Positions 27,360-41,067 of a DNA stretch of 64,000 nucleotides are shown piece by piece (within the stretch, counting starts at the first letter, position 1; each line of letters opens with the position of its first letter). Under the pieces are notes generated by a model that did no database searches, had not been told where the DNA came from, and saw nothing but the letters and a program-made list of their open reading frames with translations. Location of the stretch: the NCBI RefSeq assembly GCF_009914755.1, contig NC_060936.1. One strand, 5' to 3'. A program made the translations under genes and the position numbers. The DNA comes from the human T2T-CHM13v2.0 reference genome, Homo sapiens.

Positions 27360-27860
27360 TACTCTCTGAACAGTTATTGAGATTCTTCTGTGTACCAGGC
27401 ATTTTTCTAGACCCTGGAGAGGCAGGAAGAGGTATCAGTTTCTGACTCTAATAGATTATTAAGTTTACTACCAGGATATTCAATAACCATACAGTGTGAC
27501 CAAAGATAAATACAAAATACTATGTGATGAGAAAGAAGGGAACAAATATTCTGTAGGGGACAAAGGGAAAGTTAAAAAATACTTTACCACTGAGGTAATA
27601 TTTTAACTGGTTATTGGTAGATAAACAGGAGAGGCTTAGACAGAAATGATAGAAAAGGGTTTTAAGTAGAGGAAATAGCCTAAGCTGTGGTGGGGAGAAA
27701 TGAAAGACCATGAAGCTTCCTGGGTTAAGGAAAGTGATGCTTCAAGAAGGGAGTTTTTCAAATCAGAGGGAAACAAACACAGCAGAGAAATTTAGAAAGG
27801 CAATCTAGGATGCAAGTGGAAGAATCTGGACTTTGTCCTATCAGCACAGAACCCTTCATA
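27360..27860. mobile_element. Degenerate L2 fragment
   Basis: ttattgagattcttctgtgtaccaggcatttttctag...; approximate. Confidence 0.5.
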
Positions 27861-28857
27861 GATTTATTTTCAAAATATTGACTTAGCTCAAATATTCAAA
27901 AAGTGAAAATCAAATAAAATGGTATGGAATTGTTATTTTTCTGTGTATTTCTTCCTCAATTTTAACCTGGGCACTATAATATTTTACTAGGTTTCCATAT
28001 ATTTAAAAGGCCTGCCGATGGACTGTAAAACAAAGCCACAGAGTGAAGAAATTTTAAATAATGCAAGTCTGGGAATAAATTCAGAATAGAATGCAGCTTT
28101 CAGTTTTTGTTTTAAGGCTCTCTATCATTACATTGTGAGAAGATTTGGTGGAGGACCTAAAATATTGAGGAGTCTTTCTCTTCTAACTTACCTGTCGGTA
28201 GTGACTGCAAATTATTTGTAAGACAATGTTTTTAGTAATCCATTAACGTATAACAACAACATATTCCTTGGTGGGGAGGAAGGAATATGTAAAAGAAGGG
28301 TGGAATGACAAACTAGGGATTTTAAAGATGCCTGAGACTGATTTATCAGCTGTGATGCAATGTCTTTGAAAAAATAACAAGTAATTCCAAGCAATATTAA
28401 AACAATCCCAGAAGCTGACACTCTCCCTCTGAAAAGAAGCTAAAACATTGATAGAAAGAATGCAAAACTGAAATAGACTGATTTTCAGAGTGTCACCAAA
28501 CCAGGGAAGAAGAGCAGGCCGAAGATATAATAAATTTTTAAAACTTCAATTTCAGAATTTCCAAGAGTTAAAATAAGAGTCATCTTTCATTACCTTTAAT
28601 TCTATAGAAAAAAGTTAAATACATTTCAAATTGCAGCCATTTATATCCATTGACTCATATAAATTGATATAGGTATGTTTTACACAGTTGTTATTAGACT
28701 GTACATATTTTTTATTCACTATTTCTCCAAATACATATATCTATGCACAGTAATTTCTAATTACTGCAATATATTCTAATTAGGATTTCTAGTTGGCTCA
28801 ACAATGTAGGTGAGAAGGAATTTCTACCATCTCCAAATAAACAATCACTACCATTCA

Positions 28858-29203
<346 letters not shown>

Positions 29204-29369
29204 TTAAGAGGCCATCCTTTAGTCCCAGCTGTATGTATTGTTAATATCCCAAGTCACTTTACTGCAAACTATATTACCTTCTTCAGACTTCCTTTTCCCA
29301 ATTTACAGTAGAACGTCTGAAAGGAAGATTTAAGTCTTCTGGGTCCCAGATGCTGAGATCCTGAGAAGT

Positions 29370-29620
29370 ACATTCATTCATTAATTCATGTACTCATTTA
29401 TTTATCCATTCAACTAACATTTACCGGGTATCACAACTGCGCAGGTTCTGGGATACAGTTCCTGGGGATACAGCAGTGGAAAAGACCATCAGAAATCCCT
29501 GCTCTCTGAAATTTATACATTCATGATGGGAAGTAAACAATAAGCCAATAAGTAAATTGGGTAATGTCAGATAGTTATAAATGCCGGGAATGTAATAAAG
29601 AAAATCCAAGAAGAAGCAAG
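29370..29620. mobile_element. L2 3' end
   Basis: (cattcatt)n, then caactaacatttacc...ctgggatacag. Confidence 0.7.
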
Positions 29621-30290
29621 GATTTGGTTTGGGTACCTGTGTACAAACTGAAGTACAATGCAGAATATACTTTGTCTTACAGTGCTTCATCTTTGGGAAG
29701 TGTGTCTTGCAATTAAATTACCCATGGTACAGTTAGTAAAAACAAGATGCTTACAGGCATTTGATGTTGTTCTTTATAGATCAACTGCCCAACACTGGCA
29801 AATTCCCTTTAACAATATCATTATAACCCAGATCATATAGACAGAATATTAACATGGAAATGAAATATATTTAAGCGAGAAAGATGAGAAAAGGGCCATT
29901 CACTTGCTCCTTCTTGGGGCACCGTGATGGATCAGAAGGGGGGTAATATTTGCCATGTTCAGAAAGGCAAGGCTGAGTCAAGAAGACTATGAATCCCAGG
30001 TTTTCTTTTATAATTTCCCTTAGACTACAAATATCTATGTTTCAATGTTTTTCCTTTATTAAATGACAAAACTATTTGTCCCTTTTTATTTAAAGACAAA
30101 TGTATAATCTCCCTAAATATGAGATGATGTTTTGCTACTATGTGCACATTGTTTTACAGAATCTATATTCATCTCTATAATGGAAAACCGCCACTGCATA
30201 ATGTCACTAAAAAGTGATTATAATTTTAAAAAATAAAAAGCAGGTGTATGTTTTAGATCACAAACTCAAGAAATCCCTAAGGCCATTTTT

Positions 30291-30375
30291 TTTTTTTTTT
30301 TCTGAAATAGAGTCTCACTCTGTCGTCCAGGCTGGAGTGCAGTGGCGTGATCTTGGCTCACTGCAACCTCTGCCT
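30291..30375 (-). mobile_element. Severely 5'-truncated Alu
   Basis: PolyT plus the last ~72 nt of the right monomer; TSD cctaaggcc(a/g)ttttt at 30276-30290 and 30373-30387. Confidence 0.92.
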
Positions 30376-30692
30376 AAGGCCGTTTTTGTCATAGCTGATT
30401 TGGTAAACAAGTTCTGCATCTTCTCAACGTGTATGTTTCAAGTAGTACTATGCAAAATGAACTAGAATTATTAAAATATGAAAAAACAGTTCAACTTCTA
30501 GGTGAGGGAGGATGTCTACTTTGTTGATACATTTATTCACATAAGAGTTTTGGAAACTAATATTAAATATGCCCCATTCTCCTAGAATTTTAGCAAGGAG
30601 AGCATCTTCCCTTTATGTGGATATCACATCAAATGTAAAAAATAAAAATAAAAAATAAACTTTCTTTAACAGGCCAAATTACACTTCCTTTA

Positions 30693-30968
<276 letters not shown>

Positions 30969-31606
30969 CTAGAATGCTAATCACACCAGCTTATAGCAGA
31001 ACAGCTGCTGCCTAATCAAAGAGTTTTGGTCATACAACAGGACAGAGAGGAATAAATTTACCTCAGCCGAAGTGCCTGTGACAATGTAACTGTAGATAAT
31101 ATAATCCATGCAATTTTCAAAGTAACAAAATTACTCTGAGAAAGTACCTCAAAGTCAGAGCTAAAGATAATACCACTAGATTTTTAGATCTAAAATTTCT
31201 CTTCCACAGTATGGAAACAAAATATACATACTTAAATCATTTTAGATAACATTGTCTGGAAAATTATGAGTTCAAGACACTATTGTATTCATTTATCAAT
31301 CTATTTGCAACCATAAATAATGACACATTTTGCATTGAGGAAACTATGAAATAATTTTTAAAACAACTTTTTGGTAGTGATAGATATTCTGAAAGTAAAA
31401 GATGATTTGTTTTAAGATAAAAGCCTCTATTCAACTAGGTACACAGATATAAAATGAAAAAGTATCCCAGCTCCTTAAAAAATATGATAGTCAGAAGTGT
31501 CATTCTGGCTATGTTATAAAGAACACAGAGTATCATCCTGCATGCCATTGTCCACATGGGCCCCATGACAGGTTTTGGTACAATTGTGTATGTTGTTGCC
31601 CTTCAT

Positions 31607-32050
31607 TTTTTTTTTTTTTAAGTTTTAGCTTCAGGGAACACACGTGCAGGTTTGTCACATGGGTGTATTTGGTCATACTGTGGTTTGGGTTTCCAGTGAG
31701 CCCATCACTCAAATAGTGAACATAATAGCCACAGATAGTTTTTCAATTCTTGCCCCCCTCCCCTCTTTTGGAGCCCCCAGTGACTATTACTTCCATCTTC
31801 ATGTTCATGTGTACCCATTGTTTAGTTCCTTACTCATAAGTGAGAGGATGGGGCATTTGATTTTCTGTTTCTGTGTTATTTCACTTAGGACAATGGCCTT
31901 CAGCAGCATCCATGTTGCTCCAAAGGACATGATTTCATTCTTTTTTATGGCTGGTAGTATTCCATGGTGTATGTGTACCACATTTTCTTTATCCAATCTA
32001 CTGTTGATGGACATTGAGGCTGATTCCATGACTTTGCTATCATGAATAAT
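31607..32050 (-). mobile_element. Old L1PA (PA15/16-like) 3' end
   Basis: PolyT; gtgcaggtttgtcacatgggt; minus-strand AIKKNEIMSFGATWMLLKAIVLSEITQKQK. Confidence 0.88.
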
Positions 32051-33419
32051 GGAGGCTGAAATGGGACATTTAGGAGCAAGCATTTGTCTTTTCTTTCAGT
32101 TCTTTGCTCTTTGCTCAAGATACACAGGCACAGTGAACTGTCATAGCATGGGCAAAACTGAAGACAGGGTCAAATGGCCTAAATAACTTTCAAACCAGCT
32201 ATGCTACTACCAAAGATTGTAAAGAGCTATCCACTCACAGAATTTTTGAATTGACTATCCCTTACCACCTTGAATTCAAAATTAATTTGTACCTCATTTT
32301 GTCTATAAATATAGAGCTTGGAGTTATTCAGTGGATGCTTTTCACTTTTTCTTCCAATTTAAGAGAGTGCATCTTGCTCTCGTTGTCCTCAGATCTCCCA
32401 CTAATTGATATGGCTATAATTTTGTACATGACAATGATTTTCAATATGTGGAGGTAAGTAAAAGTCTACAGTGTTTTCTTTCCCAAATTGTGGAAGTAAA
32501 ACAAGTTAATAATATGTCTTCTAATCTTAAAATAATACCTTGTTTTTCTGGCATGCTTGCATGACAATAGCAGAGACCTGCCCTCTAATATCGCATTAAA
32601 TCTGCAGAGCAAACAATACACATAAAATATTTCAAAGATACGTGAAAATTTTCTTAACCCTTAGGTTAGCCAAATAATAGTTTATGGCTAACATAATTCA
32701 CCTTTATTTAGTCCTTTTTCTTTTAATTTGCTGCTACTTCTCTCCCATTCTCCATTATTTTCTTCTTTCGAATTATTCTAAACAAACTGCTTACATGGAT
32801 CTAATACTGGCTCAGTTTGTGTCAGTCATTAACAGTCCCTAAAAACAGTCTAATTGTTTTTAACTCATAGGTACCTTCATAACTTCGATTGCTATCATTG
32901 TTCAAAAATATGGGCTGGTCACATTATAAATGCTATGTGTTCTTGAAATATTTTGGTTTCATTTTGTGGAAGACACAGAAGCACCAATGGGGAATGTAAG
33001 AAGAGAGAATAAATCCATGTGCTTGGTGGAGAATGTCAGGCATGTGGAGGTTTATACTTGGCTTGTCCGATTGCTACTTTGACTCCTGCTGAGGAGGTGT
33101 TGTAAAGGCTGATGAGACAGCAGCCCATACAAGGCACCAAACTGGAGCCAGAGACAAACCAGGCCCACCCTGCCTAGACCTTACAGCTTTGATTTTGTTG
33201 TTTCTAGTTATATTGTTGCACATACTTATAGGAATTAAGTCATTTCATGATAATTTAATAGCATATTAATTTTAAAAGAATCAAAGTAACAGGGAACAGG
33301 CTGTATGAATGTACAGATGTTAACATTTTATAAATTAAAGGTAAAAATATTATCTCCATACACCACAAATGTACATTTTTCTCTAAGTATCCTGTTAATC
33401 TGGGTATTCACCAGATTTC

Positions 33420-33800
33420 AGCCTTCAATCCTCATTAATCCTCAACCTCACAATCTCCATGGGGGCAGCTTCTGTTCTCATGACTCCAGTTACATCAATA
33501 GATTTATAATCCCCAAATCTATATCTTCAACTGGTCTACTCATTTGAGCTCCAGGCCCATACATGTGACTGCCTGCTAAATATCCTGCATCTTTCCTACT
33601 TTACATTTCCAAATCTGAATGAATTCCACCTCCACTACCCCTAGTATTCTTTATCTTTGTACGCTGTCAGTGAATGCCACCACCATTCACCTAATTATCA
33701 AAAGCAACACTGGAGGGCTTGGCTTCTTTCTTCTTCGTCACCACAACGCCAACAATTCTGGTCTTCTAAATTCTTTTCTTATCTAGATCTCAAAGCTGCC
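33420..33800. mobile_element. Degenerate L2 fragment
   Basis: cccaaatctatatcttcaac...tgagctccaggcccatac...actgcctgcta. Confidence 0.65.
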
Positions 33801-34761
33801 CATTCCCTTAGACAATTCCTTTATAGATATAATAGGATATCCCAAGATCCCAGAAGACCACTAGATATAGACTCTCAGTTATGCTTTCAATAAATATTTG
33901 TTAACTGCTTCATCACCCAATTCACCAAATACAATACACTTAATAGATCTAATATAGATTTTAACCATTTTATATATCAATTTGCTTAGCAAATTTCTTG
34001 CATATCCATGAGTCCAGATTTTTTATAAGACACTGCATCATAAAACAATACTGATCAAATCCATATAAAGTATTTCTACTCTATTTACTATAAGCCAGAG
34101 ATGTATTATATCAGAGTTCCATTGGCCGATGATTTCATCTTCTTTTGAGTACTCAGGCTGAACAAAAATTACTAGAGAGTGCAAGGGAATAAAAGAAGTT
34201 GGACAGAGGAGAGGATTTGGGGTTATTTAACCTTATTTTTCCTGCCTTCTAAAGTCAGATTTATCTACATTCAGTATAGTTTTTGATCTACCAGTTGGTA
34301 TGTGATCTTGACAAACCAGAAAAGAAGAAAGACTGTGTCAGCAAATTTGGTTCTGTCTTGATTGAACTTTACCTTGTTGGAATGGTCCTTTTTTGTGCCA
34401 TATATTTCTTCAACACTCTAAATGTAAGAGGTATGCTCCTTGTGTTAGCATTGATATGATCCCGGAATTGTTAATTCTACATTTTGTCCAAACCTTTGTT
34501 TTCCATGATAAACATGTCCAAATCTACCTGAGATATTGAGCCTACCCCCAATCACAACTGATGACCTTTTTCTTTGGACTATCTTTGACCCTCACCTTTG
34601 GTAATGATGAGTGACTGGGGAGAATTACTTGGGGAAAGGTAAATTAGCTTCACATTCTTTATACTTAATCTCAAAAGAAAGTCAGATTTATATATTCCCT
34701 AAAGAGACCAGCTCCTAGGCCTACAAGAGGTGAAGATAATTTCATTTAATGTATTAACTTA

Positions 34762-34921
34762 TTGATACTCAAAGTGTGGTTTACGAACCAGCTATACTGA
34801 TATAACTGCTAGCTTGTTAGGAATACAGTATCTAGGGCTCCATTTCAGATATACTGTATTATAATCTTTTTTAGAAGATCCCTAGGTGATTCTAATGCAT
34901 ATTAAAGTTTGAGAAGAGCTT
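34762..34921. mobile_element. MER5-type hAT-Charlie DNA transposon fossil
   Basis: tactcaaagtgtggt...aagatccctaggtgattctaatgcatattaaagtttgagaag. Confidence 0.8.
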
Positions 34922-35507
34922 TATTAAATTATCTCAGACAATAATGTATCAAACCGAAGGAATATTGATCAATTATGAACACTATTTTTAAAATGCTTGT
35001 CCCAGAAGAAAATGATCAGAGTCTATTCCAGTAGAGTTTAGGGGAAAAAAAGTCAGTCTTAAAGTATTTGCATTGGCAGAGTCACTCCTACTGTAAGCTC
35101 ATCCTCTATAAGCATTTCTCCACAAGTAATATATGCCTAGCATTTATATCTGTCCTTAAGAGGTGGAGGAATGGGGAATCATAAACCCATTTATGACCAA
35201 AGACACTCCTGGATTAGATACGGGCGCCTTAAAGCAATAGTTAAAGCTCATGTGCTCCTTATTTACTCTATATTGTTATTCTTATTATAACAAAAATCCT
35301 TATCATAATTTTTTATTCTTCTTATGGATTCAGCAAAGAGCCTTATTTTATATCTAATGAAACTGTTCCAATTCTGAACTCTTCATCAGTTTGAACAAAT
35401 CTTGTGTGGCTCTTTTTGCCTATAAAATTTGTCACTGTGTTTATATCTAAGTTTAGAAATACTCAAGCCTATAACAATTTATGACGATTAGATGTTCAGT
35501 GCCTTGG

Positions 35508-35668
35508 TTTCTCACTCTTTCCTTTTTATATAGTCTTTATTCTTTTCTTTCATTCTTTTCATCCTTCTTTCTTTCCTTTCTTCTCTCTTTCCTTTCTTCC
35601 CCATCCCTCTACTTCCCTTCCTCCCTTTATTCCTTGCTTTCTTCCCTACTTCTTTCCTATTACTTCTA
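35508..35668. repeat. Pyrimidine-rich (CT) low-complexity tract
   Basis: About 160 bp, almost all C/T. Confidence 0.8.
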
Positions 35669-36934
35669 AACCATTAATACAGTAAATATCTCTTTGTTTA
35701 AACCATTGTGCAATCTACATACTTAGGAGATATAAGAATTTCCCTTGTACCTTCTTCCAGATTGGTAACCAATATCCCCAGAAAATATGACTGCAATTTT
35801 CTGTATCAGATGAGATTAAGGAATAAGGAATGCCAAAGGATTAGGATCAAGGAATAAAATATCTATTTGCCAAAATCATTGTTTTAAATAGGGCAAATCT
35901 TTGTGTCAGGCCCAATGTCCATTCATAAGAAACAGTAGACCTTCTCTTTTGATAATCTAATGGTGGAAACTCCCTGCATCCTGGCAAGCAGTGAAGAAAT
36001 GTTGCTTCAAGCAGGATTATAGATGCCTTTAAATCATACCAGGTAAGGCTGCCTAGGTAAAGAACTAGTTCAAATTTTTCAAAAGAAAAGTCATGTATCT
36101 TGAGAGCAAGTGGGTATGACAAAAACAGCATTAAACTGTAAGCTGACCACTCAGAGAGCTAGTCCTAGGTTCTGCAATTCTCTGGCAATCGCTGATGAGT
36201 TACTTCAAGTCTTGGACCCTCATGTATTCAACTGTAAAACGAGAAATCGGATCCGTCCAGTCCCTTCCAATTTCAATATCCTTTTTTCAATGATTCTTCA
36301 TAAAAATGAACTCGAAAAATAGTAGTGAGGTTTAAATGAAATAAGTGAAGAGAAAAATAAGGAGTATGAAAGAGAGTGGGTTAAAGTACGGAATGAAATA
36401 GTTCCATACTGCTATGGATAAATATACAGCTATATATAGCTGTATGAATGAATAAATATACAGCTATTTATTTATGAACAAATGAGATCAATTTAACAGA
36501 CAAATTCTTGCTATGCTTGTGGTCTATGGGTGTTCTAAATGTGATGCAGTCTGCTCACTGGCAGGTCAGAACCTTGTCTGGTCACTAGGCTAAATTTCAG
36601 CAGTGAGCTTGAGATCCCACAGAACATGAAGGGTGTGTTTTCAGGAGATGATATAGACTCCTAGGGACCATTAGTACAGAGGGAAATGTTCTCTGTTCTG
36701 TTTCACAGATGCTGTTTGACAGCAAACACACAAGCACTGAGTATATTACTTGTTTTTTCCTATGCTTTCTATGTGAATGAAAGGGGTCAAGAAAGCAGAA
36801 AGTATCAGTAAGAGTTCTCTTAATAACTCCAAAATAGATTATGACAGTTTGATAGAAAATTAAGTTTTTAATTTCATAATTTCATTCTTTGAGTCTCAGA
36901 AGACTAAGACTCTCCTCCCTCTTTCTTTCTGTCA

Positions 36935-37231
36935 TTTTTTTTTCTGAGATGGAGTCTCACTCTGTCACCCTGACTGGAGAGCAGTGGCGCAATCTCAGCT
37001 CACTGCAGCCTCTGCCTCCCAGGTTCTAGCTCTTCTCTGCCTCAGCCTCCCGAGTAGCTGGGATTACAGGCATGCACCACCATGTCCAACTAATTTTTTT
37101 TTTTTTTTTGTATTTTTCGCAGAGACAGGGTTTCACCTTGTTGGGCAGGCTGGTCTCGAACTCCTAGCCTCAGGTGATCCACCCATCTCCCAAAATACTG
37201 GAATGACAGGCATGAGCCACCGTGACTGGCC
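36935..37231 (-). mobile_element. AluS (Sx-like)
   Basis: Dimeric Alu, expanded T-rich linker, cctcaggtgatcc. Confidence 0.93.
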
Positions 37232-38944
37232 CCTCTTTTTCTTTCAATGTATTTATTTTGGGAAAATTATATTGAAATGCTGACTTTAAAACTTTCCCAC
37301 TTAACTACTCTATGATTTCTGCAGAGCCTGAGTAACTCTCAAAGTTCAAAGATCACAGTTCTTTACAAGTCCGCTCAGTATAACATGCTTGTGTTCACGC
37401 AGAGAAATGAACTGTAGTATTTCATGCTCGTTCAGAGTGTTAACTGTTGGCAGGGCAAAACTGTTGGTAATCCTTTCCCCAGCTACAAAATAACCTCTGG
37501 GTATCATATCATTAGATCTAATGACAATAAAAATGCACAATAACTTAACAAATCTACATTTAATTAAATTATTAAGACTCAAAAAATTAAGATAACCAAA
37601 GTTTCACATGCTGACATCAAATGATCTTATTTGTAGAAGGTACATATTAAATTTGTTTGTTACATCACATGAAATTTACATTAAATGTAACTAACTTCAT
37701 CTGACAGTGGTTTATTTGGTTAGGACGCACAGTAGTATATACATGCCAGGAAGACTGCTGTTTAATAAGCAGAAAAAAATTGAATTCATAAATGTTTGTG
37801 GAGGACTGGAATGTTCTACACTAAGACTAAATTTCACTGATGTATTATTTTTAAATTATAACAACAGTTTGGAATGTCAGGTGTCTGATGTACTGTGTAC
37901 TATGAAACTATATACAAATACCCTCTATTTTGAGACAAATCTAGAAGTTTTAGTCTTTCCACTGCCACCCAGAGGGGGTAAAAATCAACAAATCAAAGGA
38001 AAAAAGCTTCTCTACAGTCAGCTACTATAAATCAACATTAGGAGGTATTCTGCTAAAGGGTTTCTTCAGAAATTTGTGTATGGAAACCATCAGCCAAAGC
38101 AAAACAAAAACAAATAGAGAAAATTTTTAAGTGATGAAGAAAATAATCCTCAGGTGGAATTTATACTTAGCAAGTGTGCTAGGGATGGGGTGTCAGGTAG
38201 CTGTATAACGCATGCTTTCTTGGTGTAAAGCAGGAAATGGAGCATTTCTAAGCACATCCCATTACTTAAATGCATGAAAGTACTCACTGGAACAGCTGGG
38301 TTTTTTTCAAAGCTTTTACCCTTCATTTAGTCTGGATAAAGTAACTCATTTTAAAGCTAATTGTAGGTTGCTCTTAAATACAGTGTGAGGGTCTCCAATT
38401 TATGATTCTCCTTTTCTTTATGGCAAAGATAAAAGTACTGTGTGTGCATGTATACGTATGTGAGTGTGTTTCAGTTGAAAGACTTTAATACGTTTATTTC
38501 CCAGAGTATATGAATGGTCTTCTTAGCAGAGATATATTTTTGTTCTATTGATATGTTTCTGGGTAACCCTTTATTCTTTTTTCATTTTAACATATGTTTT
38601 ATGCTTTTCATTCTTCTAAACAATTCTCAATAGAGTTTGATCAGAAAATGTGATACCTTTGATCAGAAAAGGTTCCACTATTTTACTGATAAAAGATATT
38701 TTTCATAAAATAAGCATTAAAAGTTTATTAATGTCACTGTACACAGCCAGTGGGAGATATAGATGCAAAAGCTCTGGTCCTTAACTTTCAGGAGGCTTAT
38801 AAATTAATGTATGAGATAAATTTTATGTATATATTTTATGTATAAATATACAAACACACATTATATTTGACTTCCACATTATATAATGACATATATGAGG
38901 GAAGTTAAATTTATAGTTTATTCTTCAATACTTCTTAAATTTTT

Positions 38945-40209
38945 ATGTTTTTAAGTTGTCAATAAAAATTGTATATATTTATCATGTATAATATGTTGTT
39001 TTGAAATACAGTATGTATACGTTGTGGAATGACTAAATAGAGCTAATTAGCATATGCATTACCTCACATACTTATCATTTTTCTATGGCGAGAATGCTTA
39101 AAATCTACTCTGTTAACCGTTTTCAAGAATGCAACATGTTCTTATTAACTATGGTCACCACATTGTACAATAGATTATGGTACATCACTTGAACTTATTA
39201 CTCCAATCTACCGGAAATTCTGTATCCTTTAACCAACATTTTCCCATAACCACTATTCTATTTTCTACCTCTATGAGTTCAACTTTTTTAGATTCCACAC
39301 ATAAGTGAGATCATGAGGTATTGACATTTCCATGCCTGGTTTATTTCACCTAACATAACGTCCCCTAGGTTCATCCATATTGTAAAAAAATGACAAGATT
39401 TCCTTCTTTCTTCAGGCTGAATAGAATTCTATTGTGTATGTTTGTGTGTATATACACATACCACATATATATAAATGTGGTATGTGGTATGTGTATACAC
39501 ATTTATATATATGTGGTATGGGATACATACCACAATTTTTAAATCCATTCATCCATTGATGGACACTTAGATTGGTTCCATGTCTTCGCTATTGTGAATA
39601 ATGCTGCATTGAACATGAGAATACAAATATCACTTCAAAATACTAATTGCATTTCCTTTGGATATATACCCAGTAATGGAATTCCTAGATCATATGGTAG
39701 TTCTTTATTTAATTGAGGAACATCCATTCTGTTTTTCATAATGACTGTATTAATTTACATTCCCACCAACAGGTGGATTACCTTTTATTCACATCCTCTC
39801 CAACATGTATCTTTTGTCTTTTTGATAATAGCCTTCCTAATAGGTGTGAGGTGATATATCCTTGTGGTGTGAGTTTACAAATTTCCATCATAATTAGTAA
39901 TATTGAGCATTTTTTCTTATATCTTTTGGCCATTTGTATGTTTTCTTTTGAGAAATGTCTATTCAGATCCTTTGCTCTTTTTTAACTGACTTGTTTTCTC
40001 ACAACTGAGTTGAGTTCCTTATGTTTTGGAACATAATCCCTTAACAGATATACAATCTGCAAATATTTTCTCCCATTCTGTAGGTTGTCTCTTCACTCTG
40101 TTGATTGTTTCCTTGGCTGTGCAGAAACTTTTTAGTTTGATGTAATTTCATTTTTCTATGTTTGCTTTTGTTGTCTGTGCTATTAAAGTCATATTCAAAA
40201 AAGTCATTG
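38945..40209 (-). mobile_element. L1MA (MA6-like), 3' segment
   Basis: 3' UTR gagctaattagcatatgcattacctcacatacttatc; ORF2 remnants; interrupted at 40209. Confidence 0.88.
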
Positions 40210-41067
40210 TAAGGGATATGAACAGACACTTCTCAAAAGAAGACATTTATGCAGCCAAAAAACACATGAAAAAATGCTCACCATCACTGGCCATCAGAGA
40301 AATGCAAATCAAAACCACAATGAGATACCATCTCACACCAGTTAGAATGGCAATCATTAAAAAGTCAGGAAACAACAGGTGCTGGAGAGGATGTGGAGAA
40401 ATAGGAACACTTTTACACTGTTGGTGGGACTGTAAACTAGTTCAACCATTGTGGAAGTCAGTGTGGCGATTCCTCAGGGATCTAGAACTAGAAATACCAT
40501 TTGACCCAGCCATCCCATTACTGGGTATACACCCAAAGGACTATAAATCATGCTGCTATAAAGACACATGCACACGTATGTTTATTGCGGCACTATTCAC
40601 AATAGCAAAGACTTGGAACCAACCCAAATGTCCAACAATGATAGACTGGATTAAGAAAATGTGGCACATATACACCATGGAATACTATGCAGCCATAAAA
40701 AATGATGAGTTCATGTCCTTTGTAGGGACATGGATGAAATTGGAAATCATCATTCTCAGTAAACTATCGCAAGGACAAAAAATCAAACACTGCATGGTCT
40801 CACTCATAGGTGGGAATTGAACAATGAGAACACATGGACACACGAAGGGGATCATCACACTCTGGGGACTGTTGGGGGGTGGGGGGAGGGGGGAGGGATA
40901 GCATTAGGAGATATACCTAATGCTAAATGACGAGTTAATGGGTGCAGCACACCAGCATGGCACATGTATACATATGTAACTAACCTGCACATTGTGCACA
41001 TATACCCTAAAACTTAAAGTATAATAATAATGAAATAAAATTAAAAATAAATAAATAATTAAATAAA
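40210..41067 (+). mobile_element. 5'-truncated L1PA3-like element (ORF2 C-terminal end, 3' UTR, A-rich tail)
   Basis: Open ORF2 C-terminus [11 protein letters not shown]...[18 protein letters not shown]...SLIGGN*; 3' UTR gcattaggagatatacctaatgctaaatgacgag. Confidence 0.96.

Noticed and set aside
36690-36812. Strong acceptor ttctctgttctgtttcacag followed by ATG
   Set aside because: ORF stops after 10 codons and nearby donors are weak
40158-40820. 220-aa ORF as a novel gene
   Set aside because: Chance in-frame fusion of 17 codons of antisense L1MA to the L1 ORF2 C-terminus; no promoter evidence
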